DNA of 63,664 nt, filler included, from Octopus bimaculoides (lineage: Eukaryota): NCBI RefSeq assembly GCF_001194135.2. It is 7 parts of 6 records of this genome, joined end to end, with 100 filler letters (N's around TTAATTAATTAA, not from the genome) between each part and the next. Parts side by side here need not be neighbours in the genome. Positions count along the whole stretch, not along the records: positions 20,570 to 42,816 come from NC_068999.1; positions 42,917 to 51,975 come from NC_068999.1; 5 more parts are not named here. One strand, 5' to 3'. Made by a program: the position numbers and the translations under genes. The notes under the pieces were generated by a model. It did no database searches. It was not told the DNA's origin and saw only the letters and a program-made list of their open reading frames with translations. Each line of letters starts with the position of its first letter. The first letter of the stretch is position 1. Of the stretch, positions 37,549 to 50,225 are shown piece by piece.

Positions 37549-38446
37549 ATATGTGGTCTGATCAATAAGTATCTGAACTGTTGCCATAGTAACGAAGCTA
37601 AAGCACACAGAGTGAAGCTGCTTGGCACAGATTTATCTTGTACTCTGCTGTGCATGTGCACTAAGTTTAAACGTCCTAGCTCACTTCCGCTGTTTACAGC
37701 AGTGCTTGGAAGGAAGGTGTGTAGCATGTGATCATCACATTGACCATGACAAAGGAAGTTGAGCAGAGAATCTGCATCACATTTTGCCAAAAGTTTGGCA
37801 AAACCTGCTCAGAGACCTACACAAAGTTTTCAAAACGTTTTCACCATTCTCCTCACAATCAAGATGTTGTGCAACTGAAACCCGAGTGTCTTTTTGGTCA
37901 GCTGAAAGTAGTTTTGACACAAACTTTGCAGACACTCGTCTCATACCCAAATCTTCAGTGATAATGGACTGAACTGAACTGTAACTAATCTGCACATCCT
38001 CTGATAACTCATGGATGGTGATTCAACAACTTCCCCTCACAGCTGCATGCATATCTGCAGTGTCTTTCTCAGTTCTGCTGGTTGTGGGTCTCCCAGAATG
38101 TTCATCAATATTGTCATTTTTTTGGCTATCTTTGAAACATCTGAACTACTCATACACTTGTGTGTGGTTCTTACACTCTACTCCATACACTTTCTGCTAC
38201 TTTGCGAAGGACTATGAGCAGGTATTGTCATGACAACTTTCTCTGCCACGGTCATAGCAATGATCATACGCTATGCACCTTCCTTCCAAGCACTGCCGTA
38301 AAAAGTGGAAGTGGGCTAGAGCGTTAAAACTTAGTGCTCATGCACAGCAGAGTTCAAAGTCAGTCTTTACCAAGCAGCTTCACTCGGCAAGCTTTAGCTT
38401 CATTACTATGTCAACAGTCCGGATACTTATTGATCAGACCTCATAT
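37549..38446. mobile_element. Mariner-derived fold-back element: two 5' ends head-to-head
   Basis: TIR tatg(a/t)ggtctgatcaataagtatc at both ends; the plus arm encodes MTKEVEQRICITFCQK; the minus arm encodes the mariner N-terminus to ISYSSVQSIITEDLGMRRVSAKFV. Confidence 0.88.
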
Positions 38447-38589
38447 ATTACCACAACCTTCCTCCAGTAATCAGTAATACTAGTTACATAGTAACCAGCA
38501 TTAAACTATATTATATATGCTTTCATTCTCCTGCATTGACACGTGGAAATGATCTGCCTAATCCCCTGCCTAAGCCAAATTATTCTAGA

Positions 38590-38875
38590 TGTAGCAGACA
38601 TTTGATCATCACCATTAGGATTATCCTTTCCATCACCTTCAACCCCATCATTACTGCTGTCACAGCTCTTATTATCACAGTTACTACCAACACCACCACC
38701 ATCATCATCACTACTTGCCATTACCATTATTATTACTTTTGCCCTACTGACACTGCTTTCATCATATATATCACCATCACTACTGCAAGCTGTATCAGCA
38801 TCACCAGTACCAACTTGTTGTATTACTATGAGCACAACTACCACTATAATCATCATTCTTACCACCTAAACATTG
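38590..38875. repeat. Degenerate (CAT/CAC/TAC)n low-complexity tract
   Basis: Imperfect trinucleotide repeat; explains the ORFs at 38506 and 38536. Confidence 0.7.
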
Positions 38876-38994
38876 TATATAACAAATTTAGGTGTCAAAC
38901 AGGACAGAACATGTCCAGACTGCCATATCCTTTCACAATTAGCTAATTTATGATAAAGACAGCAACATGGTTGTGAATCACATAGAAATACGAC

Positions 38995-39075
38995 CTCTCT
39001 GCTATGTTCTGCCATTGTAACAATTTGATCGGATAAGTTCAAGGGAAAGAGTTTGTTATACAGAACTGAGTGGAT
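38995..39075 (-). CDS. Minus-gene exon C (IHSVLYNKLFPLNLSDQIVTMAEHSRE)
   Basis: Acceptor gttgttaattag|, weak donor GAG|GTCGTA, retained CpGs; phase 0 to 0 joins exon D. Confidence 0.4.
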
Positions 39076-40025
39076 CTAATTAACAACTACAAGAATAACA
39101 ACAACAGCAACAGCATTAACTCATTTTTGCTAACTAATTAAAGAATCTAAAGCTAAAGAATTAAGACATTTAAAATTAGTTGAATTTATCAGATGATTGC
39201 GCTATTTATTATATAGCTGCCAATCTTTCTATTCTAACATTGAATATTATTTTCTTCCATTTGATAGCTATTTTACATCCACATTTCTCAGTTGTCATAA
39301 AGATAATTTTTTTCTAATAAATTGAGTTATTTGCATAAACTTTTACTAGATTTGTTGTTTCTTCATTTGTTAGTCAAAGGAACTTGCCAATTGCAAGCCT
39401 TCCTGATTATGGTATAATGACAGCTTGATAAGTGAGATGCAATAGAGAAATAAGTTGAAACACATAGAAGTGAAGAATAAAGACACAGTAGAGATGGGGA
39501 ATAGAGAGAGAGTAGGGTGACAAATTGGCAGAGACATTAAAATGTTTGATTTATAAAAAATAATTTTGACTCCTTGAATTCTAAATTCAAATCCTGCCAA
39601 GGTCAACTTGGCTTTTGATCCTTTCATAAATAAATTACTAACCCAGGGCAGTGGACTGATAAAATTGTTAGAGCTTTGGACAAAATACTTTATAATAGCC
39701 ATCCCTGTTGTATATATTCTAGCTTCAAAATCCTGACCAAGCCATTATTATAATGAAATAACTTCTCTCAGGTGGACTAATAAATCCAAATAAAAAGATC
39801 TTGAAGACAGAATAGTTTACATATATATTTGCTTTGACAAGAATGAAGTGTAATGTTTTAAGTGGAGCACATATGAGGAAAAACTTGCAGAAGAGAAGAA
39901 AATGGAGATCAGATGAGGTGTTTATTAAAGAATTTATTTAAATTTGAACTGGGAAATGGTTGTGAAATTATTTACCATTCCATGATTATTTGTATTGCCT
40001 TATATGTTACCTCTTGTCCAATTAG

Positions 40026-40104
40026 AATCTTCAGGATTCAGTCATTGGAAACCAACGATGTTATTGTAAGATATGAAAATGGAAAAGAACATCACAAGTG
40101 CATG
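40026..40104 (+). CDS. Plus-gene internal exon (IFRIQSLETNDVIVRYENGKEHHKCM), unidentified protein
   Basis: Acceptor ttacctcttgtccaattag|, donor ATG|GTGAGA, open frame phase 2 to 0, retained CpG. Confidence 0.55.
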
Positions 40105-40900
40105 GTGAGATATTTGATTCAGCATAAAGAAACATTATCTCTCACAGTAGTATTGGTATAAAGGACAATAGTAGAAGCTGCTGCACAGTGGGACTGAACC
40201 CAAAACCACATGGTTGCAAGGTGAACTTCTGAACTACACAGCCTGTGCCTATCTATGCTGGCAGCTGACAAATATAAAATTTCAAATCAGGAAGACTAAT
40301 GAAAATGACACTAGCTGAAGAATTCTATTTTAGATTTAAAAAAATACTTAGACACATTTATCTTATCATTAATAAAATAGTCCCAGTGATATGCCGCACA
40401 TACCCCCCCCCCCCAGAAAAAAAGACACTCTGTTGGTTACAACAAAAAGGGTTCCAATTGATCCAGTCAACAGAACAGCCTGCTCATGAAATTAATGTGC
40501 AAGTGGTTGAGCATTTCACAGACACACATGCTCTTACTCTGGTTCTCAGGGAGATTCAGTGTGACACAAAATGTGACAAGGCTGGCCCTTCAAAATACAG
40601 GTACTACTCATTTTTCCCAGCTGCGTGGACTGGAGCAACATGAAAGTGTCTTGCTCAAGAGACACAATGCACCACTGGAACTTGAACTCACGATTGTGAC
40701 CTGAATACCCTAACCACTAGGCCATACACCTTCACTACACCTGGCATATGATGAGTTTGAGTAAGATTACAACTTTTTTTTTTATTCTTAGGTTTTAGTC
40801 CTTTTAGAACTTCAACTAGTTTTCTCATAGTTGTATTTTTAAAAATTACTTTATTTTTTTTAATGCTTTTAAGATGGCCTTAAGCATTACTCAGTCTAAC

Positions 40901-41006
40901 AAAGAACACAGAGATAGCTGACAAGATGTTCTGGATCTCTGAGAGAAACCCAGTTTTGTATTTTGATTATGACATGCACATGCACAATATTAGTGTTAGA
41001 ATCCAA
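40901..41006 (-). CDS. Candidate minus-gene exon B (LDSNTNIVHVHVIIKIQNWVSLRDPEHLVSYLCVL)
   Basis: AG acceptor and GTTAGA donor; L.DP as in CIP2A LEDP; its phase-1 end does not match exon C. Confidence 0.25.
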
Positions 41007-41164
41007 CTTCACAAAAACAATTTAATAGTAATACCACATGAATTGAACCCTACCCTATTCACCAGTGGCAGGATATTGTTTATGCATTTCCTGTTATGGT
41101 CACAGGATTCAGCTTCTTTCACACTCAAAATAGATCAAAATCCTAAACAGTACATCTAACTCAC

Positions 41165-41299
41165 AATAAATACTTCAAGCTGATCAACTAGTGATCTTCT
41201 ACTAATATCTAACTTATATTAAATTATTACTCAATTATCTGGGACAGTGCTACTGCTATATTCACACAAACTAACTAAACCATATTTTATAAAATCCAT
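41165..41299 (-). pseudogene. CIP2A-like N-terminal segment with two in-frame stops (MDFIKYGLVSLCEYSSSTVPDN*VII*YKLDISRRSLVDQLEVFI)
   Basis: One frame from the ATG at 41299 to donor ATT|GTGAGT; K..L.....EY.......N and QLEV recall the CIP2A start; TGA at 41231-41233 and a TAA 12 nt later. Confidence 0.3.
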
Positions 41300-42919
41300 T
41301 CAGCCCATTAGCAAAGGTTCCTTCACCAATACATAACAACTACTTGCAATGTATATGCATTTTTAATGTTTAACTCTTCTACCACCATTACAGCAGCTTC
41401 AGCTCTCCTGAACTAGCAACCAGCTGAAAGACAGAGACCTTCCTCTTTGACCATAATAAAGTCCTCGGAAGCATTTGAAAATTTCATTTGAAGAGGAAAG
41501 TGAGGAGAGGGAAGTGCTGCCTCCCATCAAATTTCTTGAAAGGTGGATGAGAGTGGCAAACTTGACCCAAGTGGATGGGCTTGCTCTAAGCATGCATCTA
41601 TAAATTGAAGGAGAACAACTAGGAGAAGGTGCTTCCTTAGTGGTCAAGATGACTGTGGTTTTGTGGGGTTTCCATGAGAAGTTCTCAGAGGTTTTATCCC
41701 TTTGAATTTTGTCTTATTCTATTTTCCTGTTTATGTGCTTCTTTATGTAATGCTACACTGTATTATCCTTGATGTTATAATTTAATTAATATATAGTTAG
41801 CATGTTCTTTTACCTCAGTACTCCTTTATTAAATACCAGTAAATACCAATTGATCAATCTTCACAGATACAATCTAATAAGTTAGTATTTAAGTATATAA
41901 TATGTATAAATATCAAACTATTTCTAGGTAATTTCTTTTCCTCCCTCTATTGTAGTAAAAAGTTTGGTATATACTCAAAAGTATTCAAAAAACTTTTCAT
42001 CCTTTTGTTATAATATTCTTCTTAATAATCTTCTGAATAACCCTAAATTTTAACTTTATATAATATGGCAATGTTGTTTAAAATATTTAACTATAGTACC
42101 CCATGATAAAATTTCCCCCGTTTCATTATCGATGGTCTACTAGTGGCTTGCCCCTTTAATTGTCAGCTAACATCTTGATTTAAGATTTCCTTTACCAAAT
42201 CTCATTATATTGCTTCAAATTAATCTTGATAGTTTTTATGACTATACCCACTATGATTTCTGTCGACTCCCTCAGCTCCCTTCCTAACAGACACTGCTCC
42301 TTGCTCTTTTGGTCTTAGATATACAAAGATTTGATAAACTAGACTATAAATTAAAACTGACCCCATAAAACAGTGACAAACTAGATCTGTAACAGGTCTT
42401 TCTTCCTGATACCTTAGTAGCTTCTAAGCTGAGGTGAAGACAGCATGTTCTTTGTCTATCTCCTTCCCTCCTTGGAGATTTTTGGTAAAATTATACTAAT
42501 GTGTCCATCTGTTTTTAATTTAATCTAATTCTATGTCTTTATGCAGCTGAGGATTGCTCTGCATTTAAATTGATGTAATGATTGCATTGTTCAATTAAAT
42601 GGAGTCGCTTGAAACGATCATACTGCATTAGCTCTGGCTATCCTTGTTGCTTATTTTGATTATATTGATAGATAGATGCATATAAACGTAGATGTATGCA
42701 TATATATGTATATATATGCATACACACATCCATATAAGCATTATATATACATCGATATATATATATACACACATCTATATATGTATTATATATAGACATA
42801 CATCTATATATATATGNNNNNNNNNNNNNNNNNNNNNNNNNNNNNNNNNNNNNNNNNNNNTTAATTAATTAANNNNNNNNNNNNNNNNNNNNNNNNNNNN
42901 NNNNNNNNNNNNNNNNTAT

Positions 42920-42984
<65 letters not shown>

Positions 42985-43162
42985 TAAGAAACAGGATATC
43001 AAGAGGTGAGGCAGTACAACCGTTTCAAGCGGCTCCATTTAATTGAAGAATGCAATCATTGCATCAATTCAAATGCAGGGCTATCCTCAGCTGCATAAAT
43101 AAATAAACAGAATTTTTAATCAGTCGGACACATTAATATTTTTTACTCAAATACTCTGATAG

Positions 43163-43230
43163 AGCAAGAAGATGGAAAGAATCCATGTTGCTACTAATGT
43201 AGCTAAGAATATACTACACTTCCAAGAAAT
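43163..43230 (+). CDS. Candidate plus-gene exon (SKKMERIHVATNVAKNILHFQE)
   Basis: Phase 0 to 2 would bridge the 40026 and 46597 exons; donor AAT|GTATGA. Alternative bridge at 46462-46502 (IKYPIRLSERMGR). Confidence 0.3.
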
Positions 43231-43574
43231 GTATGAAGTTTGTTGGGTCATATCTTGTAAAGGATTGTGGTTCATTGTTAATTTATTAGTATTTATCAAC
43301 TACTAAATTTAAGACTAGAAGACTGTGTCTTTAGAATGAAGGGCAGGAGTGAGTTGACAACACATAGCTGGGTATAGTCATAAATATTGTCAAGATTTTA
43401 GGAGTAGTATAAAGTAACTGTCTATAAAGGAAGCTGGGTAGGGAAAGGCCCCAAATCAAGATGTTAATTATCAGTTAAAGGGGCAACACGCTAATAAAAT
43501 CTGTGATGTTAATACAGAGGAAATTTTATCGTGGGGTACTATGGATGACTGTTTATAAAGAATATCATTATGTT

Positions 43575-44057
43575 GTTGGACTGAACTGAGCTGTAACTAA
43601 TCTGCACATCCTCTAATAACTCACGGATGATGATTCAATGATTTCCCCTCACAGCTGCATACACATCTGCGATGTTTTTCTCTGTTCTGCTGGTTGTGGG
43701 TCTCCCTGAATGTTCGTCAATATTGACAATTTTTCAGCCATCTTGGAAATATCTGAACCACTCGTACACTTGTATGTGGCTCATACACTCCTCTCCATAC
43801 ACTTTCTGCAACTTTACATAGGCCTCTGAGCAGGTATCGTCATGATAACTTTCTCTGTCATGCTCAATGCGACAATCACAAACTACACACTTTCCTTCCA
43901 AGCTCTGCTGTAATCAGGAGAAGTGAGCTAGAGCGTTAAAACTTAGTGGACATGCACAACAGAGGTTAAGGTCAATCTGTGCATGGCGGCTTCACTGTGC
44001 ATGCTTTAGCTTCATTACTATGGCAACATTCCGGATACTTATTGATCAGACCTTGTG

Positions 44058-44058
<1 letters not shown>
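43575..44058 (-). mobile_element. Mariner 5' fragment (same family as 37549-38446)
   Basis: TIR ...ggatacttattgatcagacc and high similarity to 37965-38446. Confidence 0.85.
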
Positions 44059-44091
<33 letters not shown>

Positions 44092-44099
44092 CACTTGTA

Positions 44100-44835
44100 G
44101 TAATACCCCTTAAAATAATGAATATATATATATAGTCAATAAAACAAAGAAGCACATTCTAAAGAATACTGCAGTAATAATTACAACGAAAATTAAAATT
44201 TTGGACATAGAGTTACCAAAGGTTTTGTATCTACAAAGCCAAAGTCTTGTGGACGGCTCATCAGACTCTATACAAAGACAAAAAATCTTAATTTTCTATA
44301 TTGCAGACGTGAGGAAACGCTCAGAAATCAAGATTTAAGTCTTAACATATAAAAATATTAATGAGGACAGGTTGTCTCTCCTCAACCAGAGGATAAAACA
44401 ACCCTTATAGACCCGAAAGAGCCTACCCAGCAAACGTGGAGATCCAATTTTCCAGTAGGTAGCGCTGTTCATTGTGCAATATCGACTACATCAGCAATGG
44501 TATTACTAACACCATCTTCAAGCCTGGAGCCTATCTGAGATATACCAGGTGTGCAAATATAGTTACATCCTAAGTTTGTAAATATATCGGATCAGCCAGT
44601 ACATCTTTCGAATGTTGTGTCTGTAAGCACCAGTCATCCTTCAGAGTCCCAGAAAAATGGTTTGTCACGTCCCTGGCCCACCATGTGTGGCACCTCAAAG
44701 ATCAAGGGACCCCATGTGATATCAGGTGGAAAATAATAGATCATCCAAGTCCATATATTAATGGGAGTGGTTGTTGCAAATCTGCATCGTGGAGAGAACC
44801 AAAATCCTTAAGGATTATACTAAACCTGGTACGTT
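44100..44835 (+). mobile_element. Penelope-like element, GIY-YIG endonuclease C-terminal region, degraded
   Basis: SLAHHVWHLKDQGTPCDIRWKII...YINGSGCC...TLN resembles the Penelope/Neptune C-terminal T.L..H.W.LK.....I.W.I..CxLC..EK signature. Confidence 0.7.
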
Positions 44836-44922
44836 AAATAGTCATAAAGAAGTTTTTTTCTAAATGTATCCACTTCAAGTGCTACCTACTGGAAAACACA
44901 TGCATGCATGCATGCATTGTAA

Positions 44923-44958
<36 letters not shown>

Positions 44959-46596
44959 ATACACACACACACACACACACACACATGCACATGCATGCAG
45001 TTGTAACTCCAGCCCCATTATCTTTCTTGCACATTGTTGCATAGGAGACACCAATATATATAAGTGTAAAAACTTGTATAGATAAACATATAGTTGCACT
45101 CTCTCAGACACATATGCATTCATAATTCCACTAATCCAAACTATGCTTATATCTACAAGTTTATCATGCTGCTGCCCTGAAAGTTTATCTGAATTGTGTG
45201 GGGGAAAAACATGTTCAAAGTTAAGTTAGCATTTACAGTGGAATTGCATTGATCTCTTTGATGTCATTTAACTCTGTTTTCCAGTCTCAGGATTTTTGTT
45301 TGTTTTTATTAATCTTTTTTATCACAAAAGATAAATTAGTATATAGACAAAAAATTTCTTTCCTCTGTTGCTCTTTGATTTTGGTTTATTAATTGATATG
45401 AGGTGCGAAGCTTCTTCCTAAATATATAGCAGTGAGCATCTGAATTTCAAATTTGATTTCAGTGCTGCTTCTTTAAGAAAATGGTGCAGTGTTCTGTTTC
45501 ATTGGTCTTTTTTACAAAATATGTATGATAAATATGATAGAATAAATATCATATCCGAGATCTTTCTCCCTCTATTTTCCCTCATAATTACACGAATATT
45601 AGATTTATTGAAAGAAGTTGCTATTTTGTAATTCTGCTTTGCTGATTGATCTATTACCATATGACTTTTTTATATTCTCAAATATTTCAAACTTGAATGG
45701 ATACAAAAATAATTTTAACACCATCTTTAAATTATTTCATTGATTTTGCAAAACTTCTTTCGATAGATGTCTATCTTTTTTTTTTTCTTTGAATATTTTC
45801 ATTTCAACAATAAAAAGTTTTGGTTTGCACCATACCATTATTCCTCCATTCCAATGTATCCAATCTCCAAAAATTAGTTACTTCTTCTTTTTTTGATTGA
45901 TTGATTGAACTGATATCTCAGAAACTTCTACTGGAAAGGGCCAGTTAGGGAGTTTCTATTTTTTATTTGGTCATTCAGTTTCCTAGAAATAACAGCCAAT
46001 TTTCCTTTAAATAGCATTCTACCATCTTTGATACATTGAATGAGATGTGTAATAGCCAAAAGAAAAGGTTGGGGTAGTCACTGTTGGAATGTCTTTGATC
46101 ATGGGCCTGCTCAATTAGGACTGGCTTAGATTTAACTGTAACTACTGAAGACCAGGAGTCCAAGTAGTTTATGAATAAGTGTTAAGCAAAATATTTTCCT
46201 TTGTTTTATGAAATATTTGGACATTTTATAGTTATTTGGATAAGTTGGGTAAGTTCTAGTTTATACAAAAAGCAAAATCAGTTATATGAAAATCAAAACA
46301 TAATACATTCACACACATGAGCACATAATGACACAATATCTTTTAGATATTGCTGGCTATAATAGTTAACAGTGTAAAAAACATTCAATTAGTTGCAACA
46401 TATAGAGAGAGGAAAAAATTTTCTTTTGTTTTTAGCCATTAACGTTTTTGCTTAATATTAGATCAAATATCCAATCCGCTTATCTGAAAGAATGGGAAGA
46501 GGGTACAGCTTTTGTTTGGTTTTTATTTTTTACTGATCTATCATAAAGAGAATTGTTTTGTTTGTTGTATTCATTGTTGAATACTCTTAAATGTAG

Positions 46597-46741
46597 AATT
46601 CTATATGGTTTTAAAATAAAATCAATAACTGTTGGTGGTGATGCTGCTGTTACTCATATTTGTCTGAGGTGTTATCTACGAGGACAGCTGACGCTTTTCT
46701 TTGAATTATCATTGGACCCACACAAACTTGGGCAATTGAAG
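46597..46741 (+). CDS. Plus-gene internal exon (ILYGFKIKSITVGGDAAVTHICLRCYLRGQLTLFFELSLDPHKLGQLK), unidentified protein
   Basis: Acceptor ctcttaaatgtag|, donor AAG|GTAAAT, 48 open codons, locally higher GC with two retained CpGs. Confidence 0.62.
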
Positions 46742-47885
46742 GTAAATCAATTTAAGATGAAACCCACTTGATGCTGTACAGCATGTTTTTTATTGTTAAG
46801 CTTCAAAGCAACCCCAAAGACTCTAAATTTTCCTATCTTTTCTGGCATATCTTGAATTAAATTATTCAGTGTGTCCTTTTTGTTCCCAAGTCATTTAGAT
46901 ATAATTTGCTGGAGATTTGACTCCTATCTCTTGCTGGTTGAATAGTTATGTATAAGTTCCCTTGCTGGCTCATGTAGCAGAGTATGGAAAGAGTTGAGTT
47001 TGGATTAGTTTTTGGTGAGGTTATTCAGTTTATTACCATTCTGGCCAACTTGGAATCTCTTCTCTCTGTGCTAATTTGTTTGTTTACCAAATTATCTGTT
47101 AAATTCTTGCTTCTATTTCTACCCTCTATACCTACAGTGTGGAATTATATTGCCAGCACCTTCAAATATAGACCTTCAAAGATGGACCTGCAACTTTTCC
47201 TCTATTCATGCCCTTGATTGCTTTATCTACTGCACTGCTGTCAGCTTGAATTGATGGTTCCTCAATAGGGTTGGCAGCCCCTCATAATAAGACTTACACA
47301 CCATTTTATTGTGTTCTCTATCAGTCATGAGTATGCCTTCATTATTCCAAAATACACTCTTCACCAATGACATCTCATTCCTCTCTCACACAGTGTGTCA
47401 CAATCCCAAACACTTCACACCAACATGTTTGTTGAAGTTGCCAGCCATTGTAGTTCTCATTGAGATTGTCATTGAGATTGTCTGCAGAAGTGTCTCATGG
47501 ACACGATCCTTCTATTCATTTGTGAATCCTTCTATTTATTTGTCATGTTGAAACAGATATAGGTTGTCCTTTCTCCATTGAGATCTGTTTTCAATGTTTC
47601 TGTTGATGAAAGCAAGGCATGTGTGATGTGAGGTGTTTAGATTTGGTGAGGATGATGCATGTGTGTTGAATGTTTAAGTGACATAACAATTCGTATCATC
47701 TGAAGTTGGAAAGAGTAGGTTATTAATGAAATAATTTGAAGGGATCAATATTCTTGGTCTATCTCTACCAAATCTTGTTCCAACTCCCTGTTGAGAAGAA
47801 TCAGTGTTGCACATCTTACTGGGATAATTTTTCACAAAAATAATGTGCTTCAGTATTTTAAGTCTTTTTTTTTTCTTTTACATAG

Positions 47886-48025
47886 AATTATCTCCCCTTT
47901 TTCTTTAACATAATGAGCCTGTGTGTTATCTTTGCTCCATTATGGTTTATGATTAGCGCTATGTCCCAACTGAGTTATTTACTAACATGGCATTGTTTAC
48001 CTTTTAATTTCTTTCATATTGGTGG
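47886..48025 (+). CDS. Plus-gene exon (NYLPFFFNIMSLCVIFAPLWFMISAMSQLSYLLTWHCLPFNFFHIG), hydrophobic
   Basis: Very strong acceptor tttttttttcttttacatag|; only phase 0 is open, matching the previous exon; donor GG|GTTAGT (or G|GTGGGT at 48022). Confidence 0.5.
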
Positions 48026-49374
48026 GTTAGTTTCCCTTGATCATATTTATTGAATTAGTTGTATTTCTTCCACTTTTACTGTTTCTCATTTTTTATAATA
48101 TCCTTATCAACAACTATGACGGAAGTTAATTTTACTTTCAATATCAACATTTGGTGTTCAAATCTTATTCTATCCTCTCTTCTCTCACCTCACCTTGCTA
48201 GTTAGTTAGATTCTACAGCAGTGTTGAGTACAAATTAAAATTATCATGAAGCAAACTAAAATAATTTTGATCAAATTAAAATAATCTTGAAACAAATTTA
48301 AATAATTTTGAAGTGAATTAATTTTTTTCTAATTAAATAATGCCATCAGACTATGTTTCTGATATTTTTATCTAACAATTAATAACTAACAGTTTTAATT
48401 TTAACTTGCAACGTTTCTTTAACAACTATTGAAATCTCTTTCATGAGTTTATAGGAATAATTTATTCTGAAAATGCAAGACACTTTTATTCTGGCTGTAA
48501 ATGCACTTGCTTCAATAAAGTCCCTCTTCTGTTGAGATGATTTGCTATATATTTTATTGGGACACTAGCAGACACTCCATATGATGAATGTGAATGTTTG
48601 CAAAGATACTTCAATGTTAATTGTGGGCATTTATTCAACTATTCAATAGTTGACTCAATATTTCTATTTCCTATCTTCTTGACTTTGTCACTTATGTCTT
48701 CGTGGTGTAAATCTGATGTGTGTGTGTGTGTGTGGTAGGGAGATGCTCATGTCTCCTTATCTTGACATCTTTTAGGAACTGACAACAAACATCAACATTA
48801 TATATAAGCAGTGTCATTCATTTGTGATCTTCCTTGAGCACATTGTCAGCTATTGTGCTGATGTCAGCCATTGTGCTGATTGTATTCAAAGGGTGAGAGA
48901 AATATTACCTTGCTTGGAAAAATAGGAATAGCATCTTTCCATTGTAAATTTTTTTCAATGAATTTCAATTGACCCACACAAGCATGGAAAGTATATGTTA
49001 AAATGATCATAATAATTGTTGATCATTATATATCTATCATTGTATCAAACAGCAGACTATTGGATGTTGTTACACACTTATAGTCACAATGTACATCATT
49101 ACACTGTTGTAGCTTTTGATTGATGCCACCCCATTGGTTGGGCAGGTAAGCAAGCTAGCATTTCACTCAAACAAAATGCCTGTCCATTGCAGGATTACCC
49201 ATTTTTACTTTACAGTCAAGTGGAATGGAACAGCATGAAATGAAGTGTTTTGCTTAAGAACACAATACACCACCAACCTGGGAATTGAAGCCATGAACTT
49301 GCAATACCCTAATCATTAGACTATATACTTCATTTACACACACACACAAACATGTCAATCTCCCTCCTCCGTTC

Positions 49375-49590
49375 TGAAGAAAGTTAGAAAGCTGGAGGAT
49401 CATTAGCACATCAGGCAAAATGCTTATTGATATTTTGTCTGTCTTCATGTTCTGAGTTCAAATTCTGCTGAGGTTGACTTTGCCTTTCATCCTTTTGGGG
49501 TCAATAAAATAAGTACCAGTTGAGCACTGAGACCGATGAAATTGATTTACCCTTTCCCTGAAATGGCTGGCCTTGTACCAAAATTTGAAA
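49375..49590 (+). mobile_element. Family B SINE
   Basis: Core gttgactttgcctttcatccttttggggtcaataaaataagtaccag. Confidence 0.8.
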
Positions 49591-49879
49591 TTATTATTTC
49601 AGCTAAGTGGTTATTTTTTGAGTTGTGAGTTTTGATTTAGTTTGGGAGAATGATTGAAGAAAATTCTTTTCAGTTACATATTTACACATCAATGTTTTAT
49701 TCTCCTTATGAAACTAATACTGTTATTTGTTTATGGTCATGGATTCTACAGTTAGTAAAGTACTGGACAAAATGCCTGCAATGTTTAATTATATCTCTTT
49801 ATATTCTGAGATGAAATTCCACTAGGTTTTTGATCTCTTACTGTTTTGTCTTTCTGGAGTTGATAAAAGAAAATAGACA

Positions 49880-50189
49880 CAGGTGTAGATCTGTGGTAAG
49901 AAACTTGCTTCCTGACCACATAGTTCTAGGTCCAGTCCCACTGTGTTGTTCCTTAGGCAAATGTTTTCTACTATAGCCTCAGGCCAACTAAAGCCTTGTG
50001 AGTAGATTTGGTTGATAGAAACTAAAATAAGCATGTCGTAGTGGCTGTGTGGTAAGTAGCTTGCTTACCAACCACATGGTTCTGGGTTCAGTCCCCCTGC
50101 ATGTCACCTTAGGCAAGTGTCTTCTACTATAGCCTCAGGCTGACCAAAGCCTTGTGAGTGGATTTGGTAGATGGAAACTGAAAGAAGCC

Positions 50190-50225
<36 letters not shown>

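Noticed and set aside
44250-44290. Minus-strand CTGATGA with a GCC/GGC stem as a hammerhead
   Set aside because: No GAAA core follows the stem.
48568-48720. Open plus frame DTPYDECECLQRYFNVNCGHLFNYS...
   Set aside because: Weak acceptor, no clear donor, and it runs into a (GT)n repeat.
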